Origin: Macrostomum lignano
Taxonomy: Eukaryota
Direction of reading: 5' to 3'
Assembly (NCBI GenBank): GCA_002269645.1
Contig: NIVC01003374.1
Coordinates: 1 to 64,000, forward strand
Length of the DNA: 64,000 nucleotides
Shown here: piece after piece, positions 23,198-33,134 of the stretch
Position numbering within the stretch: position 1 is the first letter of the stretch
Layout of the letters: each line of letters begins with the position of its first letter
Program-made: the position numbers and the translations under genes
The notes under the pieces: generated by a model
Told to the model about the DNA's origin: nothing
Databases searched by the model: none
Seen by the model: the letters and a program-made list of their open reading frames with translations, nothing else

Positions 23198-24392
23198 ACA
23201 TATTTACAGTACAGTACAGTACAGAAGCTACAGTACACATATTTGTTTTATCATTTAATCCAATGTTTTTTATTTCGCCATTATTTTAGAGCTAATCATT
23301 GTAATTGATTAAATCACAATACAGGAATCAAGTATTTACTTAGCTTTATCAATTCAAAATAAGACAATTTAATTATGCCTTCAGATCTAGGCTAGGGGCC
23401 TAGTCACTAGTCAGTCAGTCTAGATCTACCATAATGAATCATAATATTACATAGATATTATATTTAAATGTCTTTACTTACCACAATTTTGATATCCTCG
23501 TACATTTCATTAGTCTGTAGAAGTTTTATATTTTGTAACAATGTGTTAGAAAGAGCCATTTTTTACTGCGCAGCTAGCAGCCAAAGTCCAGACACACAGA
23601 CAGCGGACAGGTTGAGAAACAAAAAGTCAAAGTTATAATATTATATTTATGATATAAGTTGTAAAGTGGGCTTGAAATTTCAAAAGTTTCTATGGTTTGA
23701 AATTTTAATCAGTAACAAGAAGAAACGTAGTTAGCTACCTATAAAATAGTGCTTTTTGCCCGATTTAGACTATGATGAATTAGCCTGGTTAGCTTGCATG
23801 CGCTCACCGCCGCACCATGAGCAACTTAAATTTTTATGTTCTTTGAAACGAAAAGTCAAACAATTTTCTGTATTTATTAAAACGTTTTTTATGTTTCTTA
23901 GAATTTCTTACACCTTCTTTTAATTTGTTTAGTTGGTTTTTTATATCCTATGATTAAACATTTATTAGGAAATGAACCACTTTTTTTAAAGTTTCTTCTC
24001 TGTTTCTATCAAAAAAATGTCGAGATATCAATTATCAGGATATTTTCGTGTCTACCAAAAAAGGTGCGTAGTTCGCTTTAACTTTTGTCTTTAGCTATAA
24101 AAAGACGTGTTGCCGAATTTGCTTTCGCCGAATTAGTCCGTGTTAAATTTCTGTTGCCAAATTTGTTTGTTCCTAATTAATACTGAGCTCTGTGCCCTGC
24201 AGCTGTAGGCTGCAGCTAGATGTGCGGCATAGGTGGCATAGGCCATGGGCCACTTATATTTTATCCATAATACTAAAAATAAGTTGTCTTAATGTGGTTA
24301 GGTAGGTAGGTAGGTATATAATAGATTTCAGAAAAAATAGCTTTAAAAAACAATTTTCTTCAAACATGAGACCAATACTAGATTGTTTTTTT

Positions 24393-25136
24393 GGAAGTGC
24401 TTATCCCCACAGTCCCCTGCCAATAATTCTAATTTTATCCACACAGATCCATGTCAATAATTTCTAGCTTATCCCCACAGCAGCTTATTGAAATAGTTGT
24501 CACCATTCAACTGATTAAAGTCTTATAGGCCTTGTCAATAATTCCAATTTTATTCACACAGATCCATGTTGATAATTTTCAGCTTATCCCCACGACAGCT
24601 TAGGGCCTATTGGAATAAAGAACCTTAAAATGAATAAAACTGTCTATTTGTTTTCATAGTTTTACAAATCTTTAAAATAAAATACTGAATATTGAATAGT
24701 ATTAAGTACTTTGTTAAAACTTTTTCTGCACTAAAACTAAAGGGTTAATTTTAAATATTTGCTTAGCTGCCAGCTTTGCTTAGAATGACCAAATTACATA
24801 CTCTATTGAGTAAGGCAAATGAGACTTGCAAAATTTAAAATTCAAAATGTAATAATAGGCCTAATAATAATAATATTGATAATAATGACAATATCAATTT
24901 AATGTCAGTACACAAAACTTAACACAAACAACTGCACAATCTAGCTATGGGGATAAGCTGAAAATTATTGACACGGATCCATGTGATAAAATTGGAATTA
25001 TTGACATGGCCTATAAGACTTGAATAGTGGCAACTATTTCAATAAGCTGCCATGGGAATAAGCTAGAAATTATTGACATGGATCCGTGTAGATAAAATTA
25101 GAATTATTGACATGGGACCGTGGGGATAAGCACTTC
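24393..25136. mobile_element. Foldback/MULE-like MITE with about 200-bp TIRs
   Basis: gaagtgcttatccccac... arm (to about 24600) is the reverse complement of about 24942-25136; arms contain internal direct repeats; flanks tgttttttt / tgtttttta suggest an 8-9-bp TSD. Confidence 0.8.
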
Positions 25137-26360
25137 TGTTTTTTATACTGAAAATGTCTCCCATCATTAAATCAATGATATGACTAGGCTGTCTAGCATT
25201 CTAATAAGATTTTAAAAGTTTTTTTAAGCCTAGCAATATTTGAATGATTAGGCCTATTAGTATTAAACATGATAAAGTGTATTAATAATATTCCAAAATA
25301 GAATATTAGGCCTATTCTAAAAGGATCTGAGTGAACTTGTCAACTTTTTATTTGTCAATTGTGTTAATGAGTTTACCTCAGTTTGTATAATGTATAACTA
25401 ATATGCAGTATAACAAAGTATACAGAAATAAGTGATGCAAACAAAAGAGATGTAGAAATATGGTCCCCTAGCTACTAGTTGTTGAAATAGAAGATTCTTG
25501 GTTTTATTGTTTTTAATTTGATCATATCTCATATTTGATCATATTATATATGGCAGACTACTAGGTGCTACAATGCGCTGTTGCATGTCTCTTATCCAGT
25601 CAATCTAGCAAAAACATATTCCAATGATAGATGATTTGCTTATCTGGCCTATGCCTAAAAACCAGCATTACAATGACATGGCTCAGTTCATTGTTTTTAT
25701 GAATCTGTTTTATTTGTACACTGAGACTAGCTGCATATACTGTGCATGTGTACTATGCTGAGGAATTTACCAGTTGACAAATTTATTACACAGCAAAGCC
25801 AATTGAGGAAAAAAAATTGACAAGTTTACTAGCACCCTTCTAAAATGGTATCATTTAATTATCATCATTTACATTATCATTTACCAAAATGGAGGCTAGA
25901 CAGGATTGAAATCTTCAAGCAGGATCAAGATTGGGAATAACGTTTTTCCTAGGATTGGGATTAGGATTGGGATTTGGGAATTAGGATCAGGTCTTTTAGT
26001 GTATTGTAGCTAAAAGGTCCATATAAAGTAAAAACAAAATTGAACAAAAAATGTCAAGATCAAAAAGTAAAAAACAACAAAATTAATGCAAAGTTTTGTA
26101 ACCAACAAAGTAATAATGTAATGAGTACAATGTAAAACAAAATATATTCAAGTCAAGCAATTACTAATTCTATAACTTTTTAATCAAAAGACCTATTCCT
26201 GCTTCTCATGTTTTTTAGGGTTGAGATTCTGGTCCCATGGAAATCCAATTTTTCTTAGGATCCTAAGATTTTGAGATTGGATGGGGATCCCACTTGACCT
26301 CTAATGTTAATGTATTGAACAAATGATAATGTTTATTTTCTAATGCATATAACTCAATTA

Positions 26361-28120
26361 CGAGGGATGTTCCATAAGTACTTATACTTTTGCATGCTGC
26401 TCAGGAACTATGCAACCAATCATTGTAAGTTTTATGTCGCTGGAAAGCGGCTTTACTCATCTTTAATCTGTCGCCAAAATCATTTCGTTCTGTCAACTAT
26501 GTCAAAAGTTACAACAAAAAACGTAGTCAAAGGTCACCCATAGACTTACAAGAAATTTAAAGAGCAACAACTACAATGGCAAGCATGAAAACAGAGGCGC
26601 GTTGTTGATGACAGAAAGTTTGACTTCTTTGTCACTCATCCTCAGTCGGTACCGACACCTTCTCAACGTAGTTTCCACCGGAGTTGATGCACTTGGTCCA
26701 CCTGTTAAACTTTAAACATGCTTTTGATGGCTTCTGCGTACAGCTGTCGGGGGATGACATACAGCAGAATTCTGCGGACTTCCTCCTCGATCTGGTTCCT
26801 GGTCTCGTACACGCGTCCTTTCAGATGGCGCTTCAACTCTGGAAATAAAGCAAAGTCTGCTGGTGCCAGGTCTGGAGAGTAAGGAGGGTGAGGTAGAAGA
26901 TGGAGCTTCAGCTTGCTGATTGCCTCGACTGTCTTTTGTGCTGTATGAGGCCTTGCATTGTCATGATGAAGAATGAAAGGTCTGGGATTTTCACGACGCT
27001 TGTTCTGGATGTCATGATGCAGCTTTGTTAGCGTTTCAACGTAGCGCTCAGAGTTTATTGTAGTGTTTGGCTCCAAAAACTCGACAGTTAGAGGACCATT
27101 GCAGTCGAAAAACAGAGACAGCATGATCTTCTTTCCATGTGCGTCCCTTTGAGCTTTTACCGGAGGATCAGAGCCCTTCAGCATCCAGACCTGGGAATCA
27201 CGTTTCGTTGGTGGATCAAAATGGGGAATCCAGGTTTCATCTCCAGTGACTATCATTCGATGGAAGAGATCCCAACCACCGTATTCTTCCATCATCCAAA
27301 TATTGGCCTGACAAATCTGCTGCCTCTGCAGTCTCAAGTCCGAGGTGAGTAGGCGTGGCACCCAACGAGCAGTCAGCTTGACAAAGTCCATGCGCGACAA
27401 GCAGCGATGCACAGTTGTGCTCGGCGTGTCCAGTCTATCTGCAATCTGTCGAATCGTTAGCCGACAATCTTCGTCCAGCAGATCAAGAATTCGATCGGTG
27501 AGAGCATCAGAGCCTGATGTGCAGGGGCGGCCCGACCTCGGCAAATCAGCAACATTGGTCCTTCCTGCTTCGAACTGCTCAACCCAGTTGTAGACGGTCA
27601 TCCTGCTCACCGCATTAGCTCCATGAATGTTGCATAAATCCGCATAAATCTCTGATCGCTTTTTTCCGAGTTTCCAGAGGGTAAAAATTGCAGCGCGCTG
27701 TCCTTCCCTTGAGTTCACATCCATGGTGATGCAGCAGCAGCCAAGGTGGTGAAACTTTACAAGATTAAGATGCTGTGATCTTAAGATTAAGATGCTGTGA
27801 AAGCTTAGGCCAGTATTTTCCATAGATGAAAAGGGTGTGGCATTCGCTTATGAAGCAAAAAAGAATGCATTATGTAGAATCCGAAATAACTCTGCGTGCT
27901 GAACTTTGAAGTTTTGATTTTGAAAATTTCTTGTAAGTCTATGGGTGACCTTTGACTACGTTTTTGTTGTAACTTTTGACATAGTTGACAGAACGAAATG
28001 ATTTTGGCGACAGATTAAAGATGAGTAAAGCCGCTTTCCAGCGACATAAAACTTACAATGATTGGTTGCGTAGTTCCTGAGCAGCATGCAAAAGTATAAG
28101 TACTTATGGAACATCCCTTG
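26361..28120 (-). mobile_element. Mariner (DD34D) element with about 198-bp TIRs and TA TSD
   Basis: TA|cgagggatgttcc...agaaattt (26361-26558) is inverted to 27924-28120|TA; encloses the transposase ORF. Confidence 0.95.
26705..27724 (-). CDS. Mariner transposase, C-terminally frameshifted
   Basis: Likely start MDVNS at 27724; WVPRLL, VTGDETW, HHDNARPH, YSPDLAPAD with D-34-D spacing; the conserved RWTKC...GNYVEK lies in another frame (stop 26632). Confidence 0.9.
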   Translation of the reverse strand: MDVNSREGQRAAIFTLWKLGKKRSEIYADLCNIHGANAVSRMTVYNWVEQFEAGRTNVADLPRSGRPCTSGSDALTDRILDLLDEDCRLTIRQIADRLDTPSTTVHRCLSRMDFVKLTARWVPRLLTSDLRLQRQQICQANIWMMEEYGGWDLFHRMIVTGDETWIPHFDPPTKRDSQVWMLKGSDPPVKAQRDAHGKKIMLSLFFDCNGPLTVEFLEPNTTINSERYVETLTKLHHDIQNKRRENPRPFILHHDNARPHTAQKTVEAISKLKLHLLPHPPYSPDLAPADFALFPELKRHLKGRVYETRNQIEEEVRRILLYVIPRQLYAEAIKSMFKV

Positions 28121-28619
28121 TATTTTTAGTACAGTTAATGTTAGTTTTATTAGTATTTGAAAAATAATTTTTCTATGTCATGAAATTAGAATCAATCTAG
28201 TATTAGAAAGTTTTGTCAAGTTCTGCTAATGCATAAAATATAAAAGAAAATTTTCCTAGCCATTTTTTTAAACTTTTTAATTCCATTATTTTGTTATTAT
28301 ATGCTTTTGATTTTCCATGTTATCATTTTTACATTTAAGTTAAAAGCAGTTAGTACTTTTTGCAATTAAAATTCTAATTAATAATAATATTGTCTGTAAA
28401 AGTTTATTTATAACAGTTTTATTTTTTATGTAGAATGAAAAAAATTTACCAATTATATTGAAGTATATCAAGCTTGGACACTTATCAATTTTTTGCCTTA
28501 TTCTTTCTTTCTGGTAGGTTTTATTGCTTCCTAACCAAACCTAATTTATTATATTTGATGACTTCCCAGGCTAGCGGTTTGAATATGATCTGTATTGTAA
28601 CAATAGTGGTAGAGCCCTA

Positions 28620-29060
28620 TGCAGAGAAAATATAAGAAAGGAGAAATAGAGAGAATACAAATGATAATGATACAATTTGTATGTATCATTAATAATACAA
28701 ATGATACAAATGAGAAGAAAAGAAGTAAAGATAGAATAAATAAGAAATGTTAGATTACAAATAAGAAATGAGAAATAAAATAGATAAAAAAGAAAAAAGG
28801 AGAGATAAGAGAGAGAAAAGAAATAAGAGAACACAGAACAAAAAGATAGAAGAAAAGATAAAAGCAAAAAAAAGCAAAAAATAGAAAGGAAAGAAGAGTA
28901 GAAATGAGAGTGCAGAGAGGAAAAAAGAGATAAAAAAAAGAGAGAAGAGAGAAAAGAGATAAAATAATAAAAAAGAAAGAGGAAAAAAAGAGATAATAGA
29001 TAAGAGTCAGAGATAAAAAAGTAAAGATAAAACAAAATACAGGAGAAAGTCCAAGTCTAG
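28620..29060. repeat. A/G-rich low-complexity tract
   Basis: Nearly pure purine runs; the minus-strand Phe/Leu/Ser ORFs are compositional artefacts. Confidence 0.85.
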
Positions 29061-30573
29061 ACAATGACAGTCAGTTTTTACAAACAGGGAAAACAAGATA
29101 TGGTATTTTAGATTTTATAGAAGTGTTGCAAAGGATTTAGAAGATGGAATTTGGGTCATAGGATTTAGCTAATATATTTTAAGGAATAGAATTCTAGAAA
29201 TAGAGTTCTATCCCTTTTCTTCTCCAATAGAGAAATTGGCTTTGTAGTGTATAAATGTAATAAATGTATATAAATATATTAGTCTTACTGATATATGATT
29301 GGTCCTGCTTAGCAAGGAAAACAAATTGATAGGTGATATATAACATAGGTGACATAGGGTAAAATGAGGATACTTTGCTTTTTAGGCTCATTAGTAATTT
29401 GGCTACTATGAAAATTGAAAAAAATCAATATACATATTTAGATAGTCATGGCAAATCAATTTATAAGAATACATTTGTTTGCAATTGTCTTTTTGTTGCA
29501 TTTTTTTAATTTTAGGCCTATCAAAAATTTGATTATTTAATAAGTATATGATTTAGTTTAAAGTATTTAAAAATAGACCTAGTTATTTTCCAAAAATTAT
29601 TTATGCAAATTCATTTTAACTGCATATGTTTCCTAAGAACCAATCTGTTCTTTAGTTTTCCTAATCACTTTATTCAAGTAAAATTGTTACAAAGATGTTT
29701 GCTATGAATTTATTTTATGCAAGAAATAAAAAGACAATAAAATAAAGCCTTTACAAAGACAATAGGCATTCTCCCTAAATAGAAAACATTAAGGCAAGCA
29801 CCTTTTCCAAATAGGAAGTATCCTAAAGATAGCAAGTATCTCCCAATAGGCAATAGCAAGCATCCCATAATAGCAAGTATCTTCTCCTAGATAGCAAGCA
29901 TTCCACAGATAGCAAGAAATCTCTATTAAAGATCTCTAACATAAGTATCCCTACTATTCTTCTAAAAAATTCTAGGGGGTATTCTACAATTTGAGGGAAA
30001 TTCTTCTTAAGAGTTATAGGGGCAATTCAAGATTAACACAGAACTTTTTGAAATCATTAGCCACAATGCTTAGTCTTTTAGTCATCTCCAATGGACTCTG
30101 TGGCTTTGCTTTCAAGGGCAGGCAAAATTGCTCTACTATGGTACTATTCTGGTAGTTCACTGAGCACCTAGGGTAGGTAGGCAGACAGATAGATTAGAAT
30201 AGACAGATGGACATGGCAGCTTACTCATTTATAATATCTATTAGACTTATTGTTTAAAGTGGACAAGACAACATTGAAGCATATGACTATTAGGCCTATA
30301 GATTGTTCTTATTCATTTGTCAGATAGGTGGTGTCCAAAAAGTCAGAGCCCAGATACAAGATTAGCTCTATGCAATCATTTGGAGTTAAGATGGTGAACT
30401 CTAGTCTAGTTGAATGCTTGGCCTAGGGTTTTGACTATAGAATCAGGAAACCTAAAGAAAGTTGAATAGTTAATCTTTGCACTAATGCTTATATCTCATA
30501 TTGTTATATTATTAGAGCCAATATGCTACTGCAAGTTATTTTCCTAACATCCTAGACAGAGAATATCTTAGAG

Positions 30574-31936
30574 GGGAGTACGAGATTTGCTGGCAGGAAA
30601 TCTGCTAGCCGAAGTTTGCTAGCAAGAAATTTGCTTGCCAAAATCTGCTAGCCAAAGTTTGCTAGCCAAAATCTACTAGCCAAAATTTGCTAGCCAAAGC
30701 TTGCTAGCAGGAATTTAGCTAGCAAGGATTTTGCTAGCTGAGATTTGCTAGCAAGAATTTTGCTGGCTGAAAGTTGCTAGCAGGAATTTTGCTAGCAAGG
30801 ATTTAGCTAGCCGAAATCTGCTAGCAGGAATCCAACCAAAACCACCAAGCAGCAATTTGGCTAGCCAAACTCAGGAAGTTGTACAAGTAATTAGCTAGAG
30901 ACAATTAGCTTGTCAAGTTTTGCAAGAATTTCACTAAATCCTCTATAGCATTGCTCCACTTTTACCTTTACCAATCCTCTTCAAATTGGACACAATCCAA
31001 TTGTCAACTATGTTGACAATCGTGTAAAAAGTTTCGAGTCTCAAAGTTAATTCTTAACAGCACTGTGTACTTTTAAAGTTGGTCTGCTTTTCATTAATGA
31101 GACAGCCACCCCAACCTCTGCCTCTCTCCTTCCTGACCACTGGACAGATGTGTGAAGGGGGTTTAAAATTAACTAACTTTCAGCTGCCATAAGTTTGCTC
31201 CACGTACAGCGATTGACTTCAAACTTGATACAATTCTTCATTGACCCATTCTCTGTCTACATGTAAATATAAAGTCTCAACTTTGTACCTCAGTTAGAAC
31301 AGAAACTGTAGGCATGTGAAGTTTGTCTGCTTTTTCTGTTGTTTGTGCTACTCATTCACTCATTCCCCCGGACCAAGGATTAGGTGATAGGGCTCAATGT
31401 ACATAGCAAATGTACAGTTTTCTGGAATAACTTTTTATAGCCTTCTCTGCTAACGTTTAGCTTTGACAGTTAAGTAAAGAATTCAACTACTGTCCTAACT
31501 ACGAGCTATCTGATTGCGATTTGAGAGTATTCTGTCCCCCACAATGACAAACTGACTTTCCAAGCACTTGAACTGATGCTGATGCTTTTAGTTATAAAAT
31601 ATTTGGATTTTTACCCACTTCTCTGGATTTTTTTATGTAAAACAATACATTGCCATTGCCAGAAAACAAGCAATATTTTGACGCCGGTTGCAAGAAGTTC
31701 AGTCAGCAAATTTCTGCTAGCAACTTTCGGCCAGCAAAATTCCTGCTAGCAAATCTTGGCTAGCAAAATCCTTGCTAGCTAAATTCCTGCTAGCAAGCTT
31801 TGGCTAGCAAATTTCAGCTAGTAGATTTTGGCTAGCAGATTTCGGCTAGCAAACTTCAGCTAGTAGATTTCGGCAAGCAAATTTCTTGCTAGCAAATTTT
31901 GGCTAGCAGATTTCCTGCTAGCAAATTTCATAGACC
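30574..31936. mobile_element. Foldback MITE with GCTAGC-motif arrays in both arms and 10-bp TSD (Mutator-like)
   Basis: TSD tatcttagag at 30564-30573 and 31937-31946; arms about 30575-30830 and 31690-31936 are inverted arrays of tttgctagcaagaaa-like units. Confidence 0.85.
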
Positions 31937-32018
31937 TATCTTAGAGACTAGAGGATGGGTTCTTCTTGGCCATGGTTAAATAGACTAAGTTGGCCAGAGT
32001 TGACTTGAAGCAAATGTA

Positions 32019-33134
32019 TGAGGGTTGTTTGAAAAGTCTACAATCAAACATGTCTAACAGATTAATGGATTAAACAAATGTAATGCTTCTCTTCCTGCTT
32101 CTCAACATAGACAGGCACTCTTAATACTTATGCACTTCTGCTACCTCTTAGCCAACTTCTTGATACTGGCAGCATAGAAATTAGCAGGTGACCCCTTGAC
32201 CATGGCTGATGCCAGGGTCTATAGAAAGCTTTACTAGCAACCTCAGGTATGTTTTTTTCATCTTCCCAACAGCTAGAAGTTACTAAGTGCAATGTCCAGC
32301 AAGTAGGATGTGTGGCAACACCTGGAAGCCTAGGTCTGAAATAGCAGCCATTGTAGTAGACATTGTCATGCTAAAGCAAGATGCCACAACTCAGCTTGCC
32401 ATATCACTGGGGCTTGATGGCTTCATGCAACTTCTGCAGGACTTAGATATAGTACTTACTATTGATTGTGGCACCATAGGAAAGCCATTAGATAAGCAGA
32501 ATGCCCTTCTTGTCCCAGAAGATAGTGGCCATTTGCTTCTAAGCTAAAGATATAGTCGGGGTCTTGAAAGATGTAGGTATGGCTTGCCTTCTACACATTG
32601 CTCTGCATTTGGACTCTGGCTCACTATAATAGAACTAAGATTCATCCCTAGTCACAATCTGGCCCAAAAAGTTGGGATCATTGCAATATGACTGAAGAAG
32701 CTGCTAATATACCTAGGCCTTCTTTTTCTTATTCCAGACAGGGCCAGTCTGGAATAAGAAAATCAATAGTTTCACCTATTGACCTTGGTGGCTGCTCTGT
32801 GAAAGGTCATCAACCATCTCCTTGCTATCTTCAAAGCACTTATTAACTGTGGTTTTTGATTGTTCACTTTTACCATACATTGCTTGTACCTCATAAAGAA
32901 TTTCTGCTTGCCATTTCCCTTGCTTCCACAAAAACCAAATGACACTCTGCTTTGTTTCTTTATTACTCAGAATAGTGAAAAATATTTGGAACTAAAACAC
33001 TGCAAGAAGGAAATGCTTGGCTCAAACAAGACCACTCTGTTTTAAAACATTTAGGGTATACTATTTATATATGGTATAAAGTTTCAAGTCAAAGTAATAA
33101 CTCAAAAAATTCCAGACTTTCTAAACAATCCTTG
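32019..33134 (-). pseudogene. Old degenerate mariner element with short TIRs
   Basis: TA|tgagggttgtttgaaaagt ... actttctaaacaatccttg|TA; minus-strand remnants IVTRDES*, KQMATIFWDKKGILLI, HDN, SYLLDIALSNF* with many stops. Confidence 0.85.

Noticed and set aside
28571-29064. Hydrophobic F/L/S-rich ORFs resembling membrane proteins
   Set aside because: They come from the pyrimidine strand of an A/G low-complexity tract.
29385-29460. Ulp1/C48-protease-like remnant H-W(*)-x-L-x2-M-x6-Y-x-Y-x-DS
   Set aside because: It needs a stop read-through and a frameshift, and no downstream Gln/Cys catalytic motif was found.
30170-30250. Helitron/HINE-like 3' end (acagatggacatggc...catttataatat)
   Set aside because: Short, degenerate resemblance only; no hairpin or 5' end could be defined.
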